Positions 1-12,100 of a stretch of 64,000 nt of DNA are shown in pieces (within the stretch, counting starts at the first letter, position 1; every line of letters begins with the position of its first letter). The DNA comes from Amphiscolops sp. MND2022 (taxonomy: Eukaryota). The stretch lies in assembly GCA_964187785.1 (NCBI GenBank), contig OZ076416.1:24118001-24182000 (forward strand). The letters are read 5' to 3'. A program made the position numbers and the translations under genes. The notes beneath the pieces are model-generated. The model was not told the DNA's origin. It worked only from the letters and a program-made list of their open reading frames with translations, and did no database searches.

Positions 1-2489
1 ACTGATGCCATCTTTACAGCAGCCGGCTATGCCACCATGATTGAGGACGATCCAAACCAAAAACTCCAATCGAGAAGGAAGGCATATGCCCCGATCGCTT
101 TTGGCTCAAAAACATTGAACGCGTCACAACTCAAAATGTCAATTTGCGCGAAAGAATTTTTGACAATTTATTTTGCGTTCACTGAATTTATACACCAATT
201 GTGGAGAAGCGATTTTCCTGTTATCGTTTTGACAGATAACCGATCAGTAACACGATTCTTCCAAACTAAAATAATTTCACCACCCCTCTGGAACGCCTGT
301 GACTATATACTGCAGTACAACTTCGTCATAGCACACGTTGCAGGAGCTATGAACACAGCTGCCGATTTCCTTTCAAGAGCAGAAGTAAATCCAACCAAAA
401 AACTCAAATTGAACATCCGAAATGAAGTTACAACCAAAGCAATCGAAGTCAATATACAGTCCACAGGAGTTACTGAGGAAGAACCTCTCTACATCCTTAC
501 TGAAGGAACCCCCACAGAGAAAGGACTGTGGGAAGAAAAGGGAACACTACGTAAAACGTAACGAAACTCACAATGACCCGGAAAACGAAGTGTCAGAACT
601 CCAAAACTTCAATAAGCCCACAGCGAAAACAATTGACTACAGAGAAGGACACTTCAAAGACAACGCAAAAATCCGTTTAGAACAAAACAACGACCCAGTC
701 CTACGAAATCTTCGATACAAAAAAGAAGACGAAGCCTATGATGAAACCGCACTCATCCAGGATTACCGATACAAACACTATTTACAGAATATAGTGAAAA
801 TGGAAATTAGACAAGATGTTCTAACAACGAAATACTACAATGACACGGGTATGATCTCTGATTATCAAATTCTCTTACCCAAACAACTCTTGGACGAATT
901 CTTACATGCTCTTCATGGGCATAACGCAAACCACCCAGGAATCACAAAGATGATCCAACAAGCAAGACAAATATTATTACCCATGATTTCCCAGATAAAT
1001 TCGAACTTGGGTCAAGAAATGTCAAATGCGTATCCAAAACAAACGAATCAATATTGACCTCCTCGAAACTGAACTACTCAATTGTCCTGAATGAGACTTA
1101 GGTCCTGAGGATAGATTGCAATTGAATATTCTTACGAACCTTCCCCAAGTTGAGGTTATGACAATATCATCACCGCAAGAGACGTGTTTTCACGCTATTT
1201 GTTTGTCTACCCCGTCACAAGAATCACTGCCCCGGCAGTAGCAAAAGTTATCATGGACTTTTTTAACAAACACACACACATATCTACCCACAACGATCAT
1301 CTCCGAAATGGGGACACAATTCAAATCACAGGTTACAAAAGAAGTAGCCGCTGTTCTGAATATAGAAGTCAAACATGCCACAACAAAACATGCCCAAACA
1401 ATTGGACTGTTAGAACGTACACACGCATCAGTCAAAGCGCATCTTAAAGCAGCCACTGGAGACTTCAGAAATAACTCTCACAAGTTTCTACCTTTGGCAG
1501 TTTTAAACCATAGCACGGCGTACCATGCAACACTCGGATGTGAACCAACACGAGTTTTCCATGGACGATTCCCGCATAATATTTTGGATTTCAAACTTGG
1601 GTACAACCCAAATCCCCGCTGCCAACCCCAAACTGGAGTAGCAGAAGAAGCCCAGCGACGTTTTGCATTACTTCATGACCAAACGAAGAAAAACATAATG
1701 CAATCTTACCTCAAATATAAAGCATATTACGATAGAAAAGCAAAAGCGGTGCCTCTAACAACAGAGGACTACTGCTTTATCTTGAACTCCAAAGCAGACA
1801 CTCAAGCAACAAAAATACCTTTTCGAAAATTTCGATGGATTGGCCCGTACAAGGTCAAAAAGGTCCTACAGAATAATAACTTGGCACAAACAAAACCGAA
1901 CTTCTTCATCGTATTAGATTACGCAAATACATACCACAGGCTCCTCTCGGATAATTTTGTCAGAGAGACGGAATGACAAAAGGAAGATACACATATCTCG
2001 CAAGATGACCTGTAGGCCCACACTTGGGACACGAATTTTGGATCTAGTCCAATTGATGCAACCATAGTAAATTGTGACCAACAAGAGGACAAACTTGAAT
2101 ATGAACCTACTTCTCAACCTGAAAGATACCGCCCACCCGCCCACAATAAATTTGATAAGAGTGGGGGATCCCAACGAAGAACCCCAAATAATTGAAAAAA
2201 ACCCCTTCAGAAAATGAAAGTCATGAGCCCATACCAAAAACTTGAAGAAAACCAAAAATATTCCAAGATATTCTTTTCCAAAATTCCCCACAAACTCACA
2301 AAAACAACCCAGAATTTGATGCAAAAGAAGCAGAAGAAATTTTTAATACAAGAAGTGAAAAATACAATTTACGCCCAAACCCTAACACTAACTACTCAGA
2401 CTCATACAGATATTAAAAGAAAAGACAAATCAGGAGACTCGAAGACTTCAACTAAATACGACTCTCTCTTGTCTCTTTGTTTCTCTTAA
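1..2489 (+). mobile_element. Decayed Ty3/Gypsy pol, 3' part (RNase H, integrase zinc-binding region, integrase core, C-terminal tail), broken by frameshifts and stops
   Basis: ORF 37-561 has Gypsy RNase H motifs (PIAFGSKTLN...KEFLTIYFAF...VLTDN...HVAGAMNTAADFLSR). ORF 422-1057 has an HxxxxH integrase zinc-binding motif (HGHNANHPGITK). ORFs 1184-1976 carry integrase core motifs (FSRYLF, GLLERTH, YNPNP...YYDRKA). The RH-then-INT order indicates Gypsy. Confidence 0.9.
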
Positions 2490-2695
2490 CACTTTCATCA
2501 ATCTTTCTTCTCGGTCTTTCGACAAAAGCGAAAGCCACCTTTTAGTACAAACAAGTAGGCTAGAACAAACGATCTCAGGTGTAATCAACCTGGAACGCCA
2601 AGAAGACGACAATAAATACATCAAGCATCAAACAGGATTTAAAGATGGAATGAGCAAATAGAGATAATAACTACAACAAAGTAACGTACAAAGTG

Positions 2696-3727
2696 TCAAT
2701 TTGAGTGATGGGACCACATGTATTTATCACTAGTATCCTTCTTTTTAACGACGAGCTTCTTAGAACTCAAAGTTCTCCCCGTTGGCGGGAACGGAACTGC
2801 AGTAGGGAATCGGGTGACAGACAATGTTGCAGTAACCAACGATGGGAAATCAGCTCTTGTTTTTCCAGACTGATCCTGGGATTTGGAACCGGTTCGGATA
2901 GGACTCGGAGTTACAACGTTTGGTTTTGAACAAGAAGCAGTATTTGTCTCTGCCAGAGAAGTAGTAGGACTAGGAGTCTTCGGACTACAATCAATGGAAG
3001 TCCACGATCTTTCCTCATCAGTGACAGTGTAAACTTTAACTCGATTGAGGAGTATCTGCCTTCGTGATAAACAGTAATAAGTTACATCCCATACCGAAAC
3101 GTCTTCGTCCTCCAATAGAGTTGTGCCTTTACCCAACAAAGAAAAAATGGGAGGTACTGTCCTAGGGTTATTGAATAGCCCCGACATGTTTGGTAGTCCA
3201 ACCAAGGCTGATTGGGTACTGCGAACGCCAGAATGGAACTCATCAAAACCAGAAGATAATTGGAGTGTGGACCGACTGAAAGAGGGAGGGATGTTTGAAA
3301 CAACGGACAGACTATGGCAACACAATTTTAAGACAACGAATGAAATCTCACGGCTATGTAATTCGTAGTACCCAGATAGGAAGTCTTTCCAAGCACTATC
3401 ATAAACTGGGCTGCAAGATCTGAATTTTTCCACAAAGGAGCGAAACTCACCCATTACCAAAAGTTTCGAGTTTGTGGAGATCCATTGTTGCTGAATCAAA
3501 TAATCACACAACAGTTCGGTGTCAAGGCAGTAGTTGGTTTCTTCTCCGTGGCGGATAACTCCCTCGTCAACAATAGATGACCCGCAAATCAGTTTTGACT
3601 TTCGAACCACATGCTTGAGGAGTAGGACACAAAGATTCTTTTGGATGCAGATTGCCTGCTCCACAAAATGCGTGGGCGTTGGAATTTCTCCTTCAGTGAC
3701 CAAGACAGCAAAGTTTTTGTTTCGCAA
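2696..3727 (-). CDS. 343-codon antisense ORF of unknown function between the Gypsy pol and its putative 3' LTR, probably the 3' part of a spliced accessory gene
   Basis: Long open frame with a Ser/Thr/Pro-rich C-terminus and no recognisable domain. An upstream minus-strand GTAAGT donor (3983) and T-tract/TACAG acceptor (3842) define a 142-nt intron candidate. Confidence 0.5.
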   Translation of the reverse strand: MRNKNFAVLVTEGEIPTPTHFVEQAICIQKNLCVLLLKHVVRKSKLICGSSIVDEGVIRHGEETNYCLDTELLCDYLIQQQWISTNSKLLVMGEFRSFVEKFRSCSPVYDSAWKDFLSGYYELHSREISFVVLKLCCHSLSVVSNIPPSFSRSTLQLSSGFDEFHSGVRSTQSALVGLPNMSGLFNNPRTVPPIFSLLGKGTTLLEDEDVSVWDVTYYCLSRRQILLNRVKVYTVTDEERSWTSIDCSPKTPSPTTSLAETNTASCSKPNVVTPSPIRTGSKSQDQSGKTRADFPSLVTATLSVTRFPTAVPFPPTGRTLSSKKLVVKKKDTSDKYMWSHHSN

Positions 3728-4193
3728 AAATTCAGTGAGGCTCTTGAGGGGCAGGTCAGGAAAAGAAGATCAATAGAAAGGTATCTGTCGCAATCTGAGA
3801 TGTCGCCAAGGTAGGAGTCCGGCAGAATACACTGTAAAGGGCTGTACAAAAAAACTGCAAAGGAATTGTACAGGCGAAAGTTGATAGAAGCAGGTCCGTT
3901 GAATGCTGACTCGTCTAAACATAAAAGAAATCAATCGGAGGAAGAGGAGCAAAAGAACACAAAATACAAAGGAATGGACTTACATTGCAACAACACATTC
4001 CTGATCAGAAACAACTTGGCGGGCTAAGTTTTGTCCTTATAAAAAGTCTTGTCAAGACTTCGTGGCTGAAACAACGATACGGTGTTTTAGAAAAACAGAA
4101 TTATACAAATAGATATAGCATATGAAAAACAAATCAACTCTTTCATATGGTATTTGAAAGCCTTGAGGCGATCAGCAAGGCGAAGACGGGAGA

Positions 4194-4990
4194 TGATTTG
4201 GGTCCGATTCTCGTACAATTGTTAGAGAATTACTACCGACTCAGCAAAACTAACTTGAAGAGTGACAATAGCCTGAAACAAAATAACCATACTGCAACAG
4301 CGTCAAAGCACAATTAATAGATCCTAGATGGAACAGAAGATATGATGCTTTATGCTGTTTTCGGAACCCAGCGTAGGAAGGTATGCTGGATACAGCATAA
4401 GCTTTAATCTGTAAGATTTTCACACACAACACAGTTTTCATTATGGGAAACAAGAGAAATAGACGATCGAGGAGAGTAGAATCTCAGTCATCAGATAGAG
4501 ACGAAAATGTTTCAGAAACAAGCTTCACTTAAGGCAATGCGACTTCAGTTGAAGTTTCTGAAAATGGTAATAACTATTTGGATCGGAACTTTGGTAGCGA
4601 ATTAACGGAACCATCACAAATCAGTAATGACATAGAAGCAATTACACAGAGATTGTCCGAGCAAAACAATCACAGGATGACACAAATTGAACAACAACTG
4701 AATCGAAGAGATACTCAAAGAAATTAGAACAAACAAAGAAAGCACTTTAGTACATGATGAAGATGATGCCCAGGATAATAGGCCTAACACTTCAAATTCA
4801 GAAAACAGGCATATCAGGAGAAAACACGCATCGAACAATGAAATTAATAAAGACAGAGATCAGGATAATCGTTTCCAGTCCTCAGAAATGCATAAACTAA
4901 GACAACCGTCAACCCCTTTTGGAGTTGCAAACGTAACATCAGATGATACAATCGTAATGAAAGAAATCAGACAGGAAGCCGATTATCACA
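4194..4990 (+). mobile_element. Putative 3' LTR of the first Gypsy element
   Basis: A purine-rich tract AAGGCGAAGACGGGAGA (4177-4193) is followed directly by TG. The segment ends in ...GATTATCACA at 4990, after which the sequence becomes unrelated AT-rich DNA. The 5' LTR lies outside the window, so the pair cannot be confirmed. Confidence 0.4.
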
Positions 4991-5729
4991 ATGTCAAAAC
5001 TTGATCTACGCTTTTTAACTAGCAAAATTATCAAAGATTTTTTCAAAGTGAATTTTTTCCGAATGTTTTTGAACCGCAGATTCGGAAAGCCGAATTGCTT
5101 GAAGTACTATGTGAATGAGACATTTTGAATAATGAAATTGTTCGATGATTGATAGTATTGGATTTGTTTTAATCCACAGTTTACGAAATAAAACGCTACT
5201 GTTGAAAAAACACTGAATTCCTTTCCATAGTTTCATAAATAAAAACTTTCATAACTTTAGAAAAGGCAGTGTACATAGTTAAAAGGCAGTGTACATGTTA
5301 TATAGGGTTTTTGCCGTTTTTATCTTTCAATCCGGTTGAAGTGACTAAAAAGTTTCTCCACAAATTTAACGTTTCAAATTGATTGGAAGTGTCATCCTTT
5401 CACAATTTTGACTTGGTAATTTGGAAAAAAAGTGTTACTTCCGGCACTGTGCGCCTTTTTTTGGGAAACTTCAATTTTCTAAAGGGGTCACGTCCCGTTG
5501 TTTTGATATCTTCAGCCAGAAAAAACTTCAGACTTTCAACCCAGGTCTCCTTATATTTCATCATTTTGATCTTGAGATTTTTGAAAAATGATTCCTCGAC
5601 ACCTTGAAGGAAAAATTTGCTCTTTTTGAACATCTAACCTACTTATTCCGTTCTCGGCTTGTTTTTTGTTCTTTCAATTTATTCAGTTCGTATAGAATGA
5701 TAATCGTATATCCGGATACTTTGCTTCAG

Positions 5730-6168
5730 GGAATGTATACCCAGATCACACGGTGGACGCCTAGTGTGTAGGAATGGATTTCACAATGAAACCCAGGTGA
5801 TTGAATGGATCAAGTTTTTCACACAAGCAAAAACTTGGGTAGAAGCCCGCAATTATTGCAAAGACACCGTAGGCGGTCATTTGTTCTTCAACGTTGATGG
5901 ATCTTGGGCGCAACTTGAACAATATATAACCAAAATAGGAAAATTTTGGTTGGGAATCTACACTTATGATATTGTAAGACCCAATGCTGAATGGAGATCT
6001 GTCAACGAAACTATTATAGAAAGAACGCGATTATACTGGATTCCCAATAGTGGGGAGCCCAACAATGTCAAGAAAAAACAATTCTATGTGGCATGTCTTT
6101 CTAAAGGACTCAACGACAGAGGGGAAAGCGACGAATACTCATTCATCTGCGATATGGTTGCTGACTAA
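5730..6168 (+). CDS. Terminal exon encoding a C-type lectin-like domain
   Basis: Translation contains TWVEARNYC...GGHL...FWLGI...WRS...YW...GEPNN...LND...FICD, the CTLD pattern. An acceptor-like TTCAG ends at 5729 and the frame is open from 5731. Upstream exon(s) were not identified. Confidence 0.8.
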
Positions 6169-6349
6169 TTCACTGAGCGCCATCCATGTATTCTGAATGT
6201 GTTGAACAGCCGTTTGCTGCAACAAAGACTCAATTTCATTAGTTAAAAAGGGCTATAACTGAATTGAAAGTGAGACATTGATTGTATGACTCGGTTTTCC
6301 TCTTCTAAGTAAGGTCCCTCCACCTTCTATACATATTAGATTTTATATT

Positions 6350-7728
6350 ATTTGATCTATGAGTTTTAAACTAGGAGATTTCAACTGACAATGTCCAAAA
6401 AACCTAACCAAAGAATGTTATCTAAATTGAGAAAAATCGATGATAAGTTACGTTGTCAGTTTAAAGATATTACCATCTTCTGTAACGTCATCCTGTGATC
6501 AACTAATTTTTCAAAAATTACCAAAATTTCGTTCAAAACTGACGTGGCACACATGCATGGTTTTGCAAAGTACCTGTCCGCAGAATCATTGAGAGACTGC
6601 AAAAGAAGTGCCCCGCGAAGCGAAAAACGAACGAGAACTCGTGTACATCCACGAATTGGTGAAAACAAATACCCTATGCGCTAGAATCCGCGGTGTTTGC
6701 CAGGATCCATTCGAGGAACAACATGACGGCATAATTGCAATATCCATACCCAGGGGTTGTGCCCAGCTCGAGCGGTGGTGCCATGCCACCCGAAAGCCCA
6801 CCCACTTCGCCAACCTGGACTTTGTTACTTTGTTGTAGTGATTACCGTATTTGTTCAATGAATTTTTAGCTCGAGGGCTACCCATGTTGTGTGCTATTTA
6901 CTTTAGATTCCTATCTGGAGAAATTCAGTTCAGTGCTGTCTTGCCCGTTTTTATAGTCTAACTACGCAGTGGTTACAAGAAAAAAGCGTAATTCCTGTGA
7001 CGTTTAGCAATAACAGTCTGGAATCAGGTCAGAAAGTATCCCTAGAGACGGTTTTCCCTCCTCGGGACCGGCTACCCACAGGAGGACAAAGTGAGCTGGT
7101 GCTATGGTGGTTTGTCCCGTACCTTCGCCAAAAAACCGGTTCCTCCACTCCATTGTCTCATCCTAAACGCTTAGCGCTTATCATTACATTCCGAAGCACC
7201 TAAAAGTTTCAAGAGGAAAACATTGAAGATAATGTTTCTAAATCTTATGCTATGTCATTGATAAAAGCCTATACAACATAGGCATAACATATACAACCAT
7301 GCGTCATAATCACAAGTCTTTTTTGCAGTAGAGGTTTCATTGAAACAAATTATATCTGAAAATTTTTTCACGTTCTGTAACGGTATCAGATAACAATGGC
7401 CTGCGTGGTAAACCGAATGAACCCTTGCGTTTGCATTGTCCTGTTGGGCGACATTTCAAATTTTCCCAGACTGTTGAATCCTATTTCGCTCTAATTCTCT
7501 CATTCACAGTTTCACATGGTTCCTTCATTATTTTCGTGAAGACAGGTAGTGTATACCCACTTTCGAGCTGAGGGTCTTTCAAATTCGGTAACATCATTTT
7601 CAAAACCAGAGCAAGCACCAAAAAAGTCAAGTAACTCGAGCATAGAATATTTCCCCTTGAATTGGTCAGCAGTTTTCCGCTATAAAAACCTTACACCTCT
7701 CTGTTCGATTCCAACGAAAATACGCACA
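6350..7728 (+). repeat. ~1.38-kb direct repeat, copy 1 (partner at 34578-35945)
   Basis: Both copies start ATTTGATCTATGAG and end GAAAATACGCACA. Shared short ORFs lie at a constant offset of 28,228 (6608/34836, 6997/35225). Confidence 0.95.
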
Positions 7729-9115
7729 GTACTGGAGAAAAACCAGTAAATGCATGTTTTGTGATGTTGTGATATGTTAACCCATCAGCGGGTACCTGTT
7801 TTGCAGGTTGTAGTCACCGTAGCACGTGGCTACGGGTGTTTAACAGGTGTTTCTATCTATTTTCAGCTTTTTTGAGCCATGTAAGACAGGTGCCGTTGGA
7901 GGAAAAGCCATACTCGACTTGAGCGAAGGGGGTACGAAATGGAGTGCTGTGGTTCGTTGTTCCTCGTTTCTCGAGGAGACGTTCGAGAGGGACGATATTT
8001 GGTGGACAACGAGTACAAGTGCTGACGGTGCTAACGGTTCAAACCGCAAGTATTTAGCTGGTCTGGGTGTGAAGAAATTGCGTGGCGAAGGCAACCCCTT
8101 TTGCACCAGAAGTGTCGCTCAGATGGTTCATGGTTCTCCAAAATTTTGAATTTGCAATTTTTTGTGGGGAATCGTTGGTGCAGGTCAGTGACACGTTTTT
8201 GCAATGTGAAGACACCCTAAGGAACGCTTTTGAGCAAAAAAATAGAGATTTTTTGCAAAAAAAGCGGTTTTTCGTGTTTTAGGTGTTTTCCTTGGTTGGA
8301 GCACGAGTGCTCCGTAAGTCCAGCATAGCATTGCCAAAAGTAGGGCAAAAATAGCCTCGACTCTTGTGCGAACAAAGAAAAATAACAGTTGACCGTTCCC
8401 GCGACTTTTTTAGGCAGAAAAGATGTGATTTCTCTTGTGGCAAATAGGGCAAAAATACACCAAAAACCATAGGTGTATTCAGGTGTAAAAGCCTGAGGCA
8501 CACATGCAAAGTGGTTTCTCGAACGAAACACAACCTCGGGGTACTAGAAATAACTTGCATAGTCTGTCTAGCTGTTGTTAAAGCCGCGAATAGGCGTTAA
8601 TCTTGTAAATTTGGACACTTTGGGCCCTGCAGGGCATACAGTTAAAAGCTCCACAAACCTAACTTTAAACTGTACGAGAGAGCTCGCGCGCTCTCATTTT
8701 TTGTTTTTATAGTACCAACGACGCGTGGTGGTGAAAACCGTGTGCAAAAACTCCCAATTAGTGCCGAGAAAAGTGGGAAAACGCACTGAAATTGACCAAA
8801 TTTCGACAAAATCGAAGTGTCTAATTAATAGGGTCGGATCTTAGATCTCCAAACCCTAGCCAAAAAGAGGTTGCATTTTCGCAACCACCACTGAAATAAA
8901 CGCTTGCACCTAAATCTTGGTGAGCCTAGCGCTAACCAAAGTTGTTGAGAAAAACTCTCTGACGTTTCGACCTCGGATAGTGCCAAAATAACCAAAAAAA
9001 GCCAAAACTGTAAGACCGACTGTACTCACCACTGGATAGAAAACGCTAGAAAAAGGGCTCGTGGCAGTCAGTGCTGTGACCAATGGGGCAACACGCTAAC
9101 CTCATTGAAATTATC

Positions 9116-12100
9116 GTAACGGTGGTAGTGTCAACCCTCCTAGCTGATTCGTAAAAAAAGCATCAAAAAGGACTGTTTTTGCTAAGATCGTGTCGATACC
9201 TAGCCGAAGTCCCAAGTAAGGTCGAGGGCTTCCATTGGACCATCGAACCAGCCTTGTGGGTGCCTGCTGGCAACGCGTTCCAAGTTTTGTGTCGATTGGT
9301 GCGATAGTTATTGAGAAATAGCAAAAAAACGTACCGTCCAAAACAAGGTGCAAAAAGGCAACATTTTCAAAATATTTTGGAAGGGCAGTGAAACCTTAAC
9401 TGAAAAGCGAGGACAAATTGATATCCACCGCTGTGACTCTTGCTAGTAGAGGCACTGTTAGAGAGAGGACCATACCGCTAACTCGTACCAGTACTGAAAA
9501 ATTGTGTGATAAGTGTGTACTTTGACCCCTACTGATATATAGGAGTACCGAACGTCTGTACCGCGGGCAAATCGTGTACAAGTCTCATCATCCAAATCAG
9601 CGTTCATCATCGTGTACCCACGTGTGTAAAGGATCCCCTGCCTAAGTTGGAGCAGGATCAGAACCTTGAGTGACGAAAACGAGTCACTTGTGGTTTTTTG
9701 GGGTTTTCTGAGAAAACTCAAAATTTATCATAAGTGCCTCATGATTGCCCCCACGAACGCGTAGCCACTATTCAAGTCTATTTTCAGAACTTGTGGGTCG
9801 GAGCCTACTGCGTGGGCGATTTTGAGCACGCTACGACCCCTGGAAGCATTTTTGACTTCTGCGAAGCGTGCTGAGACTGAAATTCGGTTAAGTCTCCACC
9901 GGAACGACCCAAGCGATCCCCAAGCACATCCAGTAGTTCGCCCAACCAAGCAGAGCAGCGCACGAGCTTCCTGCCTCTGAGCGGGAACAATCGAGCCTCA
10001 ACCGAGACTTTTTGGCAAATCCGTCAACAGCGCTCCTCACTTTTCGTGCATTTTCCCACGTAACCAGTGACTATGACACCATCTTTTGGGCTGACGCGGT
10101 GGCTTTTGCCAAACTGCTCACACGTCACACAACGGCCGCACTCGATACGATCGAATCTGGTACATCCCAAGTCACCGGAGCGAGCGAGACATAGGAAACA
10201 ATCTCGATTCAACGTCATTTGGAAAGTCATTTGAGCCTAAAAGTCATTTGAGCCTGCAAGATTGGCCCTCTGTGAAATCGTTAGTGACCAGTTCCTCTTT
10301 TTCAGAATAAGTGTCTGACAGAGTGACTGTCGATCAGCAGCGAAAAGAAAACCAAAAAGGTTTGGCTCTTGCCCGAAACAATTCACCTTTTCGATGGAAC
10401 TTATCCGTAGTGAACAATGGATCCAGGATACCCGAAGTGGGTTGACATCACCTCCAACGGTTGGTTATCGGCACAACTCAAACCAAACGGCGCTAGACGC
10501 CACTCGTGCAGGCGCTGGGTGCTCGAGGGCACCCGACGAGGATAGCAGTCCTGGCAGTAAAGACACTGACGCCATCCTGGAGAGTATGACTTATGTTGGC
10601 GGAACGATTTACGCCAAGTATCGCCTGGAGTCCAGCCGAAGGAAAGCCTCAGAAAAACAAAAGAAAGTGAGTCTTCCACCTTTGTGTGTGCAGAACGAAC
10701 TGAACTGCGACAATGCATCGTCGATTCGCAATGGCACCACTTCCATAGCCTCGTCACGACGATCCTCGGCATATCGCGCCGTAGAGGAGGCAGCTGCGGC
10801 AAGAACCGCAATGTTGCAGGCGGAGGCTGAAGCGAAACGAGCCCTAGCTCGCCTCGCAGATACCCGTGTTGAATGCAATGAACAGCACAAGGTCATGGTC
10901 GCGGAACTTGAGGCCATGCAAAACTCGGTAAAGGGCTACTAACCAGCAACACACTGTGCAGTCTGCGAACGGGATGCCATGGGGTATCGCCTGGAAGAGA
11001 TGAAGGACCTGTTCCTCCATTGCGAACTACGCATGGAAGTGCAGGTGGCTGAGCTCAATAACCAAATGTATACCTTGAGCACTGCTACTCAACCAGTTCA
11101 AGATAGTGAACAGGCCAAAGCAGATGAACCCACCGCATCCAACAGTAAACAGTGCCTATGCGCACCCCTAACCTATCGATAACACTGAAGACCAGCTCCA
11201 CTACGGAGCCCACAGCACCTAAGCCACAACCTAAGCCACCACAGGCAAGCAAGAAAGCCACCAAGGTACACGCATGTGCACCAAACTCGCTGAGCACCGT
11301 TCTGTTGCCACCCACGTTGTCACTTACTCAAACCTAAGATCGGGGGGTAGACCCTATGACTACCACATCTTCGACCATGGACTTGACGGACACGAAGACA
11401 ATTGCTGGATCTCACACTAGCAGCGTGGAGGGTGGCACCCATGCCACTAACAATGCGAGGACTGCCGGAACTAGCTCAATGTTCCTAACTGCAAGTGAGG
11501 GAATGCTCGCGAGCAACCCTTGCGCCAGGAGCACTCGCAAGAAAGACAACCTGAATGGAGATTTATCCATGCAGGCCACCAGGGACAGTAACGACAATTC
11601 CCTAGCCCCTAGCAAAGAAGGGGAGGTAATCTCTCCTGAGCATTTGCGATTCACTGCCGCAATTTTGAAAGCAATGTCGGAAGAATTGGCCCCTTTGTTG
11701 GCTGGCCGTGACCCGACTCAGGCCAGACCCTGTGTCTACCGAGGGTACAAGGAGGTTCCATTGATGGTTGGATCTTTGTCATGCGCCGCTAACGGCAACG
11801 CACGCAAGCCAAAGCGACCCCCGATTATCGGGCCTGGAGCATAATCGATCATCTGGAAGGTGAGGCAGGCAACTACATTATCAACAAGGCCGAGTCCGAA
11901 AGGGACACGCCAGAGAAAGTGTTCGAATTACCGGCTAGCCCGTTCGGAACTGGAATCAACCGGATGCAAGTGCTTCAAGCCTTTGGCACTCGACAACAGT
12001 CCGACAAAGAACATTGGATGCAATATTCAGATGCCTTGGATGGACTACGCAGTCAGGGTTTCCCCGATGAGCCCATCACCACAAAGCGTTATGAAATCTT

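Noticed and set aside
6586-6885. 99-aa minus-strand ORF (and the overlapping 76-aa plus-strand ORF) in the 1.37-kb repeat as real genes
   Set aside because: They are conserved only because the copies are nearly identical, and have no recognisable domain. The upstream TATA-like motif alone is insufficient.
9116-9730. 5' LTR of the second Gypsy element (CGTAACGG...TTTATCA)
   Set aside because: It has LTR-like features, including a TATA-like GATATATAGG, but I found no second copy, canonical PBS or TSD. It is used only as an approximate boundary.
10203-10256. Short perfect duplications (AAAGTCATTTGAGCCT x2; similar cases at ~5262, ~12193, ~40213 and ~46983)
   Set aside because: These look like ordinary slippage-type duplications with no functional evidence.
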